A stretch of DNA of 64,000 nt. Origin: an uncultured bacterium. Its GTDB lineage: Bacteria > Bdellovibrionota_B > Oligoflexia > CAYFLR01. Positions 39,668 to 50,241 of the stretch are shown in pieces. The stretch spans positions 1,851-65,850 of the forward strand of contig CAZJDM010000001.1 in assembly GCA_964544765.1 (NCBI GenBank), written 5' to 3'. Position 1 is the first letter of the stretch. Each line of letters begins with the position of its first letter. A program made the translations under genes and the position numbers. Below the pieces are notes generated by a model. That model was given only the letters and a program-made list of their open reading frames with translations. It had not been told where the DNA came from and made no database searches.

Positions 39668-40732
39668 ATGAAAGCAATGATTTTAGCCGCTGGATATGGC
39701 ACCAGACTTACTCCTATCACTGATAATTTGCCTAAACCCTTGGTACCGGTTTTAAATATTCCTATTATCGACTATACTTTATTTCAACTTTACAAGGCTA
39801 ATGTTCAAAAGATTGTCATTAATTTACATCACCACGCGGTTCAAATTCGTGATTATATTTCCACCACATGGAACAAGAAACTCAATCTAACTTTTTTGAT
39901 GGAAGAAACTATATTAGGAACCGGGGGAGGGATAAAAAATGCCCAACCATTGTTGAAAGAGGAACCTTTTTTACTTATAAATGCTGATATCCTATTTAAT
40001 CTGGATTTAACTGCATTATACCAACATCATCTCGACACTGGCTTAATAGCTACTATGGTTTTAAGACCTATGGATGCTTCTCAAATTAACAATCTTTCTA
40101 GTATTGAGTTATCCAAGCAAAACAAAATTCTTAAAATCAATCCTCCTCAAGCTGAACCTTCAAACTCACTACCACTTCACTTTGCCTGTATTCATGTTAT
40201 ATCTCCCGCTTTTTTTGATTTATTACCAACACCAGGTTTTAGTTCGATCGTAAATGATGGCTACCTTCCCTTATTAAAGGACAAGCAATCTGTAGAAGGA
40301 TTTCTATATGACGGTTTTTGGTCAGACATTGGACAGTTTCCAGATCTGTACCAAACCAATATGAAGTTACTTACAAAGCCCAATATCGTACCTTTTTACA
40401 AAGAACTCTCTGTTTTAATTAATGAAAATTCTACTTATGAACAACAAGCGCTTGAAAAAACAAGATTAATAATGAACAATATTCTGATAGGCAACAACTG
40501 TTCGATCCATCCCACCGTGCAATTAGAAGATAATTGTATTATTGGTAATTCAGTCCAGATTGATGAGAATACTCACCTATCTAATGTTTTAATTCTACCA
40601 GGTTCTCATATCCCTGCGGATAAAAAGATAATGAATGCTATTGTATATCCTAATAAAACCTTCGGTTGCACGATAAGCGCTGTAAAGTATTTGCAGGCAA
40701 TTCCTCCTTGTAAAGATAATAATAACCTTTAA
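39668..40732 (+). CDS. sugar-1-phosphate nucleotidyltransferase with a C-terminal left-handed beta-helix (MurU/LicC/GlmU-N-like)
   Basis: MKAMILAAGYGTRLTPITDNLPKPLVPV is the NTP-transferase signature. The C-terminal hexapeptide repeats are NNILIGNNCSIHPTVQLEDNCIIGNSVQID. Confidence 0.6.
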   Translation: MKAMILAAGYGTRLTPITDNLPKPLVPVLNIPIIDYTLFQLYKANVQKIVINLHHHAVQIRDYISTTWNKKLNLTFLMEETILGTGGGIKNAQPLLKEEPFLLINADILFNLDLTALYQHHLDTGLIATMVLRPMDASQINNLSSIELSKQNKILKINPPQAEPSNSLPLHFACIHVISPAFFDLLPTPGFSSIVNDGYLPLLKDKQSVEGFLYDGFWSDIGQFPDLYQTNMKLLTKPNIVPFYKELSVLINENSTYEQQALEKTRLIMNNILIGNNCSIHPTVQLEDNCIIGNSVQIDENTHLSNVLILPGSHIPADKKIMNAIVYPNKTFGCTISAVKYLQAIPPCKDNNNL

Positions 40733-40878
40733 TTCCCCTTCTAGTTCCCCTTTATTATTTTCAGCAACTATATCAGAGCCAAGAATGCAAAATATAAATA
40801 AAATTATCTTTTGCATGTTTGAATCTTATATCAATAACTGATACTTTAAAAGTAGAAGAGATTTAATAAGTTCGGTTT

Positions 40879-41967
40879 TTAAGGAAGCAAAGCGATATCC
40901 TTATTAGTTGGATCTTCATTATCAAGCATGTCCGGTATTTTTTGTTGATACAATTTTTCAACTTCTTTCCAAGAAGACAAAATCATATTATAAAATTCTT
41001 TATCGCTTAAAGTTTCCGGTCTACCTGAAAGATTGTCTTTAAGAACAGAGTCTTGGTCATTTTTATCCATATTAAGGGTTAAAACCTTACCTGAAGGATT
41101 TTCATTAATCTCATTTTGCTGATTTAAGGACTCTAATAACACCTCTTCTAAAATGTCTGCTGAAGAGGGTTTATAAGCTGCTATCTTAATAGGTTTGCTT
41201 TTCACCTTGATATCTATTTTAGTTGTATGAGAAGGTCTGGACTTAAGATCATCAACTCCGGCTATTTTTTGAGTGAAATATGTTACTCTCTGACCAGCAT
41301 AAATCACGTGTGGATTTACAATACGTGAGTGACGCCATAAAATGGGCCAACTTCTAGCATCTCCATACACTTTATGTGCAATTCCCGAAAGGGTATCGCC
41401 TCGAACAACTTTATAATACGATGGGGTTTTAGATACATATTGTGATGTAAAATCTTCATTAATAGGAGTCAATTTATAATATACGACATCTCCAACCCGA
41501 CAATTACGAATCGGTTTACCATTGGCGCCAAATATCAACTCATTTTGATTAACTGAACCATAGACTTTTTTTCTAATACTCTTCACCGATTCAAAAAGTC
41601 CAACCACATAGGGCATCATGGTTCCATGTTCCGGCAGAAATTTATTAACCTGTCCTGGCTCAGTGTTTATTCTTTGATCATCCTCAGCCATTAACTGTTC
41701 TTCAATCATTTGCTCGATAGAATTATTCAGAGAGTTATCATCTACAACACTATCTGCTTGATTATTTTGAGATTTGTCATCTTCATCAACAGGATTTTCA
41801 TCGGACGCAACAGATTTAGCTGATATATCTGTTTCAATATTCGATTGATTTTCTTCAATGGTTATTTCAACCTTTTCTTCATTATATCCTGCACATGCTA
41901 AAAATAATGTATGAACCGCAAAGATCATAATCACTATGTTTATAATTTGGGATATGATGTTTTTCAT
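40879..41967 (-). CDS. secreted LysM-domain protein
   Basis: N-terminal signal/TM, acidic low-complexity region, LysM motif (YKVVRGDTLSGIAHKVYGDARSWPILWRHS). Confidence 0.5.
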   Translation of the reverse strand: MKNIISQIINIVIMIFAVHTLFLACAGYNEEKVEITIEENQSNIETDISAKSVASDENPVDEDDKSQNNQADSVVDDNSLNNSIEQMIEEQLMAEDDQRINTEPGQVNKFLPEHGTMMPYVVGLFESVKSIRKKVYGSVNQNELIFGANGKPIRNCRVGDVVYYKLTPINEDFTSQYVSKTPSYYKVVRGDTLSGIAHKVYGDARSWPILWRHSRIVNPHVIYAGQRVTYFTQKIAGVDDLKSRPSHTTKIDIKVKSKPIKIAAYKPSSADILEEVLLESLNQQNEINENPSGKVLTLNMDKNDQDSVLKDNLSGRPETLSDKEFYNMILSSWKEVEKLYQQKIPDMLDNEDPTNKDIALLP

Positions 41968-42182
41968 AATGTAACCCCATAATATTATTACACCTATAAT
42001 TATTTACTTTATCATAATTAACTCAATCGTGAAACATTTTTTCCATTTTTTATGTGTTTTTTTTCAAACTACTCTATTGATTTTTTTACAAAAACCATGT
42101 AGAGTCCTTGACTAATACACAGTTTCGCATATTCATTGGGGAACGGTTTTAATTTCAAAAACTTATGAATAATTAATATATT

Positions 42183-43169
42183 ATGAGTTCTACACAAAAA
42201 ATTGGCGTGTTAATTTTAGCGGCAGGGTTAGGTACGCGAATGCGTAGCAAAAAGCCCAAAATGCTTCATACCTTATTCTCCCAACCCTTATTGTATTATC
42301 CTATTGATTTAGCCCTTAATTTAAATCCCGCACAAATAATACCTATTATAAGTGATTCTATAATAAAGTCAGATGTATTAACCAAATATAGTAATTATAA
42401 AAACCTTATTTCCCCCTGTATTCAAGAGGAACCCTTAGGCACCGGACACGCCGTCCAATGTGGCTTGCAGCATATATCCCCTGATATAAAGACAGTATTT
42501 ATTTTATGTGGTGATATTCCCGCCTTCTCTAGTCAAACAGCCAAAGATTTCTTAAAAAATCATGTTGATTCGAACGCCACATTAAGTGTACTTACCGCAT
42601 CGCTTCCCAATCCCTTTGGGTTTGGCCGTATCATAAAAAATGATAAAGGAGACTTCATCAAAATAGTTGAGCAAAAAGACGCTAATCCTCAAGAAAAAAC
42701 AACTAATGAGGTTAATTCTGGCATATATTGTATTGATATTAATTTTCTGCGAAAATCTATTAACCAATTATCTAATAACAACTCGCAAACAGAGTTCTAT
42801 CTCACTGATATTATAGAGATTGCTTTTAAACAGGGGCTTTCTCCAACTACCTTTAAAATAGAAGACCACATGGAAATTTTTGGAGTTAACACCTTAGAAC
42901 AACTAGCTACTATTCAACGACACATGCAAAACAAGATTTTATCTAATTTTATGGATAATGGAGTACGAATAATAGATCCCTTTACGACTTACATTTCTCC
43001 TGAAGTCAGTATCAGCCCTGATGTAACTATCCATCCTTGTACTCATATACATGGAAAAACAATTATATCAGAAGGTGCCATAATTGGACCCAATGTCAGT
43101 TTAGAAAACATCAAAATTGCTAAAAATGAGGTTATTTCTACTCAAAAAGCAATTAATATATCAAGCTAA
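42183..43169 (+). CDS. glmU: GlmU-like N-acetylglucosamine-1-phosphate uridylyltransferase lacking the C-terminal acetyltransferase half
   Basis: ILAAGLGTRMRSKKPKMLHTL matches the GlmU N-terminus. Only 328 aa. The stop is followed 20 nt later by glmS with its own RBS, so there is no room for the LbH acetyltransferase domain. Confidence 0.6.
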   Translation: MSSTQKIGVLILAAGLGTRMRSKKPKMLHTLFSQPLLYYPIDLALNLNPAQIIPIISDSIIKSDVLTKYSNYKNLISPCIQEEPLGTGHAVQCGLQHISPDIKTVFILCGDIPAFSSQTAKDFLKNHVDSNATLSVLTASLPNPFGFGRIIKNDKGDFIKIVEQKDANPQEKTTNEVNSGIYCIDINFLRKSINQLSNNNSQTEFYLTDIIEIAFKQGLSPTTFKIEDHMEIFGVNTLEQLATIQRHMQNKILSNFMDNGVRIIDPFTTYISPEVSISPDVTIHPCTHIHGKTIISEGAIIGPNVSLENIKIAKNEVISTQKAINISS

Positions 43170-43189
43170 GGAAGTAAGGAAATTAAATT

Positions 43190-45019
43190 ATGTGTGGAAT
43201 TATCGGATATATTGGAAAAAACGATGCCAGAAATGTTATTTTAGAAGGTCTTAAAACTCTTGAATACAGGGGCTATGATTCATCAGGAATTGCTGTTTTA
43301 AAGAATAAGGAGATCCGGGTTGTAAAGTCAAAGGGTAAAATAGTACAACTTGAAAAGAAACTTAAAGAAGAACCTATTGTTAGTAATATAGGCATTGGGC
43401 ATACCAGATGGGCCACACATGGCAAGCCAAATGGATTAAACGCTCATCCTCATCATATAGACAACATTGTCCTTATTCACAATGGTATTATTGAAAATTA
43501 CCATTCTATCAAACAAAAAATGATAGACAATGGTCGAAAATTTATCTCAGAAACCGATACCGAGGTTGCTGCCCATTTAGTTGCGTATAATTACCAAAAA
43601 AGTAAAAATATAAAAGAGGCCATTTTACAAAGCGTCAACCAATTAGAGGGATCCTTTTCTTTAGGAATTATCTGCCAAGATTACCCAAATAAAATCTTTG
43701 GAGTAAAAAATGGCTCTCCCTTAATTGTTGGCCATCATCCTGAACACACATTATTTGCCTCAGACATTCCGGCTTTAGTTCGCTACACCGATGAAATTTA
43801 TCACATGGAAGATCTTGAAATTACAGAGATTTCACGTGAAACCATCTCTTTTTATGATTTTGAAGGACAAACCATCAACAAATCTCCTCACAAAATGCAA
43901 TGGACCCCTGTGAACATAGAGAAGGGTGGTTATAAACATTATATGCTCAAAGAGATCTTTGAACAACCCACAGCCTTGGCCAATAATATTTCTACTCGTA
44001 TTTTTAAAGACACCGGAACTCTTAATATTAAGGAAACTGGAATTAATGAAATTGATTTAAAGCAAATTAAGAAGATCCATATCATAGCTTGTGGTACCAG
44101 CTGGCACGCTGGTTTGATAGGCAAATTTTTAATTGAAAAAATTACACGCATACCGGTCGAAGTTGATCTAGCTTCTGAGTATCGTTATAGATCGCCGCTT
44201 ATTGATAAAGAAACTATCCTAATTCCCATTTCACAATCTGGTGAAACAGCTGACACTTTGGCATCTTTAAAGCTAGCCTGCTCTAAAGACATGCCCAGCA
44301 TAGCTATTGTTAATGCTTTTGAAAGCTCTATTTCTCGCTTAGCTAATGCTGCTTTTTACACTTTAGCTGGTCCCGAAATTGGTGTCGCCTCAACTAAAGC
44401 TTTTACTACCCAGATTCTTACCCTTTATCAACTGGCCCTGGCAATTGCTCAAGAAATGAAAATCCTTTCTTCCGAGGAACTAAATGCAAAACTCCAGGAT
44501 ATAGTAACTCTTCCCTCTTTAGTGGAAAAAACCTTATCTTTATCTGGAGATATTGAAAAACTAAGTTCAATTTATCAATCCATAAACAGTTTTATGTTTA
44601 TAGGGAGAGGTATTAATTATCCGATTGCCTTAGAGGGAGCTCTTAAGCTTAAAGAAATTTCGTACATTCATGCCGAAGGATATCCTGCAGGGGAATTAAA
44701 ACATGGTCCCATTGCTTTAATTGATGAAGTAATGCCCACTGTTGCCATTTGTTTAAAAGATCATGTATACACCAAAACATTCTCAAATATTGAAGAAATT
44801 CATGCTCGCGGAGGTAAACTTATAATAATAGCTACTGAAGGAGATGAATCCTTTAACCAAATCACCGATCATGTTTTTTACCTTCCTAAGGTATCATGGG
44901 AACTTTCTCCAATATTAGCTTCTATACCTCTCCAGCTCTTGGCTTATTACATCGCAAACTTGAAAGGAACAGATATTGACCAACCAAGAAACCTCGCAAA
45001 AAGCGTCACCGTTGAATAG
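43190..45019 (+). CDS. glmS: glutamine--fructose-6-phosphate aminotransferase
   Basis: MCGIIGYIG Ntn amidotransferase start and two SIS domains. 609 aa. Confidence 0.9.
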   Translation: MCGIIGYIGKNDARNVILEGLKTLEYRGYDSSGIAVLKNKEIRVVKSKGKIVQLEKKLKEEPIVSNIGIGHTRWATHGKPNGLNAHPHHIDNIVLIHNGIIENYHSIKQKMIDNGRKFISETDTEVAAHLVAYNYQKSKNIKEAILQSVNQLEGSFSLGIICQDYPNKIFGVKNGSPLIVGHHPEHTLFASDIPALVRYTDEIYHMEDLEITEISRETISFYDFEGQTINKSPHKMQWTPVNIEKGGYKHYMLKEIFEQPTALANNISTRIFKDTGTLNIKETGINEIDLKQIKKIHIIACGTSWHAGLIGKFLIEKITRIPVEVDLASEYRYRSPLIDKETILIPISQSGETADTLASLKLACSKDMPSIAIVNAFESSISRLANAAFYTLAGPEIGVASTKAFTTQILTLYQLALAIAQEMKILSSEELNAKLQDIVTLPSLVEKTLSLSGDIEKLSSIYQSINSFMFIGRGINYPIALEGALKLKEISYIHAEGYPAGELKHGPIALIDEVMPTVAICLKDHVYTKTFSNIEEIHARGGKLIIIATEGDESFNQITDHVFYLPKVSWELSPILASIPLQLLAYYIANLKGTDIDQPRNLAKSVTVE

Positions 45020-47219
45020 CAATAAGATATTTGACCGCCTAAACGAAGCCCAAATAAGCGCTGTATCTGCTCCAGATGGCCCAATTGAGGTTTTTGCAGG
45101 AGCTGGAAGCGGCAAAACAATGGTTATAGTCGCTCGCATTGTTTATTTAATTCAAAAGGGAATTGATCCTTATTCTATTTTATCCCTAACCTTTACCAAT
45201 AAAGCCGCTAAGGAAATGAAATATAGAATTAATTCTCTGATTTCTTCCCAGGCAAACAAATGTCTTATCAGCACATTTCATTCTGCTTGCGCCTTGCTCT
45301 TAAGACCTTTTAATCATTTATTAGGATTCAATGCCCCCTTTACCATTATAGATGATACAGAACAACTTACTACTATCCGCAATATTCTTCGTGATACAGG
45401 TATATCCAGTCAATTTTTGACTCCTAAAGAAATTCAAAGCGCTATTAATAAATCCAAAAGAGAGGGAATATCCGCTGCTATTTTTGCTGGAAATGCCACT
45501 CAAAACCCTAAAACAATGGCTATTTCTCAGGTTTTCGCTACATATGAAGGGATTTTACAATCCTCCAATCAACTCGACTTTGGCTCTTTAATACTCCGTT
45601 TTGTTGATCTAATGGAAAACAATAACGATGTACTAACACATTATCAAAATCGTTTTAAATATATATTGGTCGATGAATATCAAGATACTAATCTTATTCA
45701 AAATAAATTGATCACTCTACTGGCAAAAAATCATCACAATATATTTGTGGTGGGTGACGACGACCAATCGATTTATTCCTGGCGAGGAGCTGATCCTAAC
45801 AGTTTTATTCGTTTTCAAGAAGCCTTTCCCAAAACACAAATATTTAAACTTGAGCAGAATTATAGATCCACTAAAAATATTATTGATGCATCATCTCACC
45901 TGATTGCTAAAAATACCAGTCGCACCACTAAAACCTTGTGGACCGAGAATAACAAAGGAGAGCTTATTTCAGCTGAAAGGATGTTAGACTCCTATCATGA
46001 AGCTAATTTTATCGCTGATGAGGTTCGGAACCTTAAGTTGAACGGTACTAGCTATAACCAAATGGCTATTTTTTATCGAACTAACGCTCAATCAAGATTA
46101 TTAGAAGAAATTTTTAATCGCAATAATATCCCTTATCGTATTTACGGAGGACTGCGCTTCTTTGACCGATCAGAGATTAAAGACCTAGTATATTATCTAA
46201 AAGCCATTCAAAATCCCAGTAATCAACTTGCATTAGAACGAATTATAAATAAGCCCAAAAGAGGTATTGGTAAATCCACTATTCAAAAAATTTCTGAATT
46301 TGCCAAACAAAACCAAACCTCTTTCTGGCAAATCCTGGTAGACGGAGCTCCCTCTATTAAACTTAGTAGCGGAATTCGAAAAAAACTATATGATTTCACT
46401 AGCTTTCTATTAGTATTTATGAATAAAGTTTCCAAAACCAAAGTTTCATCTTTATTAGAAGAAATCATCTCCCAAACAGAATTTCTTTCTTTTTTAGAAA
46501 AATCAGACCCTGAAACATTCTCTGATCGCTTTGAAAATATTCATGAATTAAAAAACTCTATCATGGCTATGGAAGAACTAAAACCATTATCTCTAGATGA
46601 CTACCTTCAAACCGTCAGCCTCCAATCTATGCCTGAAGAAAGTAATGAGGAAAGAGATGTAAATCAACACGAAGTTGTTTCTTTCATGACTCTTCACTCG
46701 GCAAAAGGACTTGAATTTCCTTATGTTTTTATAACCGGTGTAGAGGACGGTTTAATTCCGCATTATAATAGTACTTATGAAGTACAATCCTTTGAGGAGG
46801 AAAGGCGCCTTTTTTATGTTGGTATGACTAGAGCCATGAAAAAGCTTTTTTTAACGTATTGTATGCGCCGATTCGAACACGGCAAATATATTACCCCCAT
46901 GCCCTCTCCCTTTCTGGATGAAATCCCCGCTCAATATTTTAATCAATCTGAAATATCTACAACTTCTGACTATAATTCTTCATTACCATCCCCACTACCT
47001 TCCTCATTTAAAGAAATAACCAACCCCATTTGCAAAGAGACCAATAATGATGTATCTTCCTTTACGATAGGGCAGAAAGTAATTCATAAAACCTTTGGTA
47101 TCGGTCGGGTTTTAAAAAGAGTTACAGGCCATAGTGGTGATAAAATTACCGTTTTTTTCGATATTTGTGGAGAAAAAACTATATTACCTGAGTATTTATC
47201 TGCTTTTAAACAAACTTAA
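45012..47219 (+). CDS. uvrD: UvrD/PcrA-family DNA helicase
   Basis: AGAGSGKT Walker A and the UvrD helicase motifs. The ORF-track start at 44976 would overlap glmS by 44 nt. A TTG at 45012 overlapping the glmS stop (TTGAATAG) is the more likely start. Confidence 0.8.
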   Translation: MNSNKIFDRLNEAQISAVSAPDGPIEVFAGAGSGKTMVIVARIVYLIQKGIDPYSILSLTFTNKAAKEMKYRINSLISSQANKCLISTFHSACALLLRPFNHLLGFNAPFTIIDDTEQLTTIRNILRDTGISSQFLTPKEIQSAINKSKREGISAAIFAGNATQNPKTMAISQVFATYEGILQSSNQLDFGSLILRFVDLMENNNDVLTHYQNRFKYILVDEYQDTNLIQNKLITLLAKNHHNIFVVGDDDQSIYSWRGADPNSFIRFQEAFPKTQIFKLEQNYRSTKNIIDASSHLIAKNTSRTTKTLWTENNKGELISAERMLDSYHEANFIADEVRNLKLNGTSYNQMAIFYRTNAQSRLLEEIFNRNNIPYRIYGGLRFFDRSEIKDLVYYLKAIQNPSNQLALERIINKPKRGIGKSTIQKISEFAKQNQTSFWQILVDGAPSIKLSSGIRKKLYDFTSFLLVFMNKVSKTKVSSLLEEIISQTEFLSFLEKSDPETFSDRFENIHELKNSIMAMEELKPLSLDDYLQTVSLQSMPEESNEERDVNQHEVVSFMTLHSAKGLEFPYVFITGVEDGLIPHYNSTYEVQSFEEERRLFYVGMTRAMKKLFLTYCMRRFEHGKYITPMPSPFLDEIPAQYFNQSEISTTSDYNSSLPSPLPSSFKEITNPICKETNNDVSSFTIGQKVIHKTFGIGRVLKRVTGHSGDKITVFFDICGEKTILPEYLSAFKQT

Positions 47220-47247
47220 TGCGGACTTCGTCCGCTAGCCGCATTAT
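47220..47247 (+). terminator. GC-rich inverted repeat (gcggac-ttc-gtccgc nested within aatgcgg...ccgcatt) immediately after the uvrD stop
   Basis: Read directly. Unusual GC content for this sequence. No trailing U-tract, so terminator function is uncertain. Confidence 0.3.
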
Positions 47248-49129
47248 GAATTCTTCTACACAAAATTTTGATGTTTTAGTTATTGGAGCTGGTCATGCTG
47301 GCGTTGAGGCCTCTTTAGCTACTGCTAGATTAGGTCTTAAAACCTGTTTAATTACTATGAATTTAGATCATATAGCTTCCATGTCTTGCAATCCATCAAT
47401 AGGCGGAACAGCTAAAGGACATTTAGTTCGAGAAATTGATACTTTAGGTGGGCAAATGGGTAAAACTATTGATATGGCTGGAATCCATTTTAGAACCTTG
47501 AATGCTTCCAAGGGCCCGGCTGTTCGTTCTTCTAGAGCCCAGGCTGACAAGGATCTTTACCGTCGACTTATGACAAGAACTATCCAACTCCAACCTAACT
47601 TATCTATTAGGCAAGATACGGTAGAAAACATAATATACACCAATTCTGAAGTTACTGGAGTTAAAACCAAGCTTGGTCTACACCTATTAAGCAATCATTT
47701 GATCTTGACTACCGGAACTTTTTTAAATGGTTTAATCCACACCGGTAATAAAAACTTTGCCGCTGGACGTTTAGGTGATCAACATTGTACCGGGATAACC
47801 CATTGTCTTCAGCAAGCCGGGTTTACAACAGGACGTTTAAAAACAGGAACCCCTCCTCGTTTAGATGGTAAAACAATCGATTTTAACCAAATGGAATCAC
47901 AAGAAGGAGATATTGATTTTACACCTTTTTCTTATTCCAATCGTTTTAATGGAGTCGAAAATAAGGTTCTGTGTCATATAACCTACACCAATTCATCTAC
48001 TCATGACATCATTAGAAACAACTTCAATCGTTCTCCTTTATTTACCGGTACTATTAAAGGTATAGGTCCACGTTACTGTCCCAGCATCGAAGACAAAGTT
48101 AACCGTTTTGCCAATCGCGATCGTCATCAAGTATTTATTGAGCCTGAAGGATTGGATTGTAATGAATATTATCCTAACGGAATTTCAACCAGCTTACCAT
48201 ATGATGTTCAAATTGATTTTCTGCATCAAATTCCCGGCCTACAAGACGCTCAAATAACTCGACCTGGATATGCTGTTGAATATGATTTTATTAACCCAAT
48301 CCAATTATTTCCAACTTTAGAGTCTAAATCTTATAGTGGACTCTATTTTGCTGGACAAATTAATGGTACCTCTGGATATGAGGAAGCAGCCGCTCAAGGT
48401 TTGATAGCGGGTATAAATGCCGCTAATTCAATTTTAAAGCGTCCACCTTTCATTCTAAATCGCAATGAGTCATATATAGGAGTTCTAATTGATGATTTAA
48501 TCACTAAAGGGGCTTCTGAGCCCTATAGAATGTTTACCTCACGCGCCGAATTTAGGCTGCTATTACGAGAAGATAACACAGATGAACGTCTTCTAACCAA
48601 AGGTTATGAACTAGGTCTTATTGATAGTGATATCTACAACGATTTTAAATCTGAACAAAACACCAAAACCATTGTAACCCAGCAACTTGCTCAGTCACAT
48701 TTAGCTTTAAATTCTCCAGTGAAAAATTTCTTCTTATCTCGAAATCTACCAGTTCCATCTGGTTCTTGCTCCTATAAAACATTGTTGAAAAGAACCGAAT
48801 TTGATTACCAGCTACTTTATGATCTAGATCCTTCTCTTCCCACTGTATCAAGCTATTTAAAAAGAAAGATTAAATTTGATATAAAACTTGAAGGCTATAT
48901 CCAACGACAACAAGCTGAAATTAATCGTCTTAGCCAATTAGAACAAATAAAAATTCCCAATAATATGAACTATCGCTTGGTTAAAGGATTATCTAACGAG
49001 GTTGTCGAAATCTTAATACGAACACTTCCTCAAACCTTAGGTCAGGTATCACGAATACAGGGAATTACTCCAGCCGCTATTTCTATTCTGTATTTATATG
49101 TAAAACGGCATCTTGAGGAATCCATTTAA
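47246..49129 (+). CDS. mnmG: tRNA uridine 5-carboxymethylaminomethyl modification enzyme MnmG (GidA)
   Basis: FAD-binding [14 protein letters not shown]. The full MnmG architecture is conserved. The start is taken at MNSSTQNF rather than the hairpin-encoded upstream M. Confidence 0.9.
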   Translation: MNSSTQNFDVLVIGAGHAGVEASLATARLGLKTCLITMNLDHIASMSCNPSIGGTAKGHLVREIDTLGGQMGKTIDMAGIHFRTLNASKGPAVRSSRAQADKDLYRRLMTRTIQLQPNLSIRQDTVENIIYTNSEVTGVKTKLGLHLLSNHLILTTGTFLNGLIHTGNKNFAAGRLGDQHCTGITHCLQQAGFTTGRLKTGTPPRLDGKTIDFNQMESQEGDIDFTPFSYSNRFNGVENKVLCHITYTNSSTHDIIRNNFNRSPLFTGTIKGIGPRYCPSIEDKVNRFANRDRHQVFIEPEGLDCNEYYPNGISTSLPYDVQIDFLHQIPGLQDAQITRPGYAVEYDFINPIQLFPTLESKSYSGLYFAGQINGTSGYEEAAAQGLIAGINAANSILKRPPFILNRNESYIGVLIDDLITKGASEPYRMFTSRAEFRLLLREDNTDERLLTKGYELGLIDSDIYNDFKSEQNTKTIVTQQLAQSHLALNSPVKNFFLSRNLPVPSGSCSYKTLLKRTEFDYQLLYDLDPSLPTVSSYLKRKIKFDIKLEGYIQRQQAEINRLSQLEQIKIPNNMNYRLVKGLSNEVVEILIRTLPQTLGQVSRIQGITPAAISILYLYVKRHLEESI

Positions 49130-49233
49130 CAAACCGGATCTCCCATTAAATTCGAAAGCTTCGCAATCAAATTATAGTGGGAGTTTATCTATTTTAGTTA
49201 AAGAAGCGATGTTATTACCAGCTTTTTATCGAA

Positions 49234-49249
49234 TGTTTCACGTGAAACT
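49234..49249. promoter_or_regulatory. parS centromere-like site (tgtttcacgtgaaact, 15/16 to the consensus TGTTTCACGTGAAACA)
   Basis: Palindromic site read directly in the mnmG-parA intergenic region. Confidence 0.65.
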
Positions 49250-49324
49250 TTTTCAAATTAATCTGATCTGTTTAATTGACACACAACATTAGTCTGTTAT
49301 GATAACCATTAATACAATAATATA

Positions 49325-49353
49325 TTTGACATTACAGTACTTTTCTATTTTAA
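49325..49353 (+). promoter_or_regulatory. candidate sigma-70 promoter TTGACA-N17-TTTAAT upstream of parA
   Basis: Read directly. About 35 nt upstream of the GGAGG RBS and parA ATG. Confidence 0.35.
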
Positions 49354-49386
49354 TTTGAGAGTATCCAATTGAATTGTGGAGGTTTT

Positions 49387-50241
49387 ATGGCAAAGATCAT
49401 TTCCATTTCAAATCAGAAAGGCGGCGTTGGCAAAACTACTACAGCGGTTAATTTAGCATCATCCTTAGCAACATCCAATAAAAGAACCCTTTTAATCGAC
49501 CTAGATCCTCAGGCCAACTCATGTAGCGGCCTCGGAGTACGCATACCAGACGGATCACCCCATATTTATAGTGTTTTAATAGGTAAGAAGAAAATAAAAC
49601 AGATAATACTTAAGTCCACCATTAAAGGACTCGACCTAGCCCCATCCAACCCTGATTTGTATGGGGTCGAAGTAGAATTATCCCAAACAATTGCCCGTGA
49701 ATATAAATTAAAAGACGCCCTAGAACCGGTTTTACCCTATTACGATTTCATCCTGATCGATTGTCCTCCAGCACTAGGAATATTAACCATTAATGCTCTA
49801 ACCGCCTCTAACTCGGTATTAATTCCCCTCCAATGTGAATATTATGCCCTAGAAGGACTTAGTAATTTACTAAATACATTTAAACTGGTACAACGCATTA
49901 ATTCTGACCTTTTTCTCGAAGGTATTTTATTTACTATGTACGACAAACGAAACAACATTTGTAATCAGGTTGTTAAAGAAGTTTCTGCACGCTTTAAAAA
50001 TTATATTTTTTCCACCATAATTCCTCGCAATGTAAAGCTATCTGAAGCTCCGAGCCATGAACAACCTATTTTGTTATATGATTATAATTCCTCAGGTTGT
50101 AAAGCTTACTTAAAACTATCTAGAGAAATAATCAGAAAAAATCTGCAACAAAAACAATCTGTGGTTACCACTAAATCAATTCCTAATAAGGTTATTAATT
50201 ATAATAGCAAGAATTCATCAATTTCAGGGAGGGGATTATGA
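49387..50241 (+). CDS. parA: chromosome partitioning ATPase ParA (Soj)
   Basis: MAKIISISNQKGGVGKTT is the deviant Walker A. The start is taken at the RBS-preceded ATG rather than the ORF-track 49369. Confidence 0.85.
   Translation: MAKIISISNQKGGVGKTTTAVNLASSLATSNKRTLLIDLDPQANSCSGLGVRIPDGSPHIYSVLIGKKKIKQIILKSTIKGLDLAPSNPDLYGVEVELSQTIAREYKLKDALEPVLPYYDFILIDCPPALGILTINALTASNSVLIPLQCEYYALEGLSNLLNTFKLVQRINSDLFLEGILFTMYDKRNNICNQVVKEVSARFKNYIFSTIIPRNVKLSEAPSHEQPILLYDYNSSGCKAYLKLSREIIRKNLQQKQSVVTTKSIPNKVINYNSKNSSISGRGL

Noticed and set aside
43170-43189. Expectation of a glmS ribozyme/riboswitch upstream of glmS
   Set aside because: There are only 20 nt between the glmU-like stop and the glmS start. 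There is no room for the ~150-nt ribozyme.
44976-45011. ORF-track uvrD start at 44976, overlapping glmS by 44 nt
   Set aside because: A TTG overlapping the glmS stop (TTGAATAG) gives a conventional 8-nt coupled overlap. It places the start just before the conserved helicase N-terminus.
47219-47245. ORF-track mnmG start at 47219 ([10 protein letters not shown]...)
   Set aside because: That extension is the translation of the GC-rich hairpin. [16 protein letters not shown] at 47246 matches the MnmG N-terminus.
49130-49368. oriC or a DnaA-box cluster in the mnmG-parA gap
   Set aside because: No TTATCCACA-like 9-mers were found by eye. Only parS is convincing.
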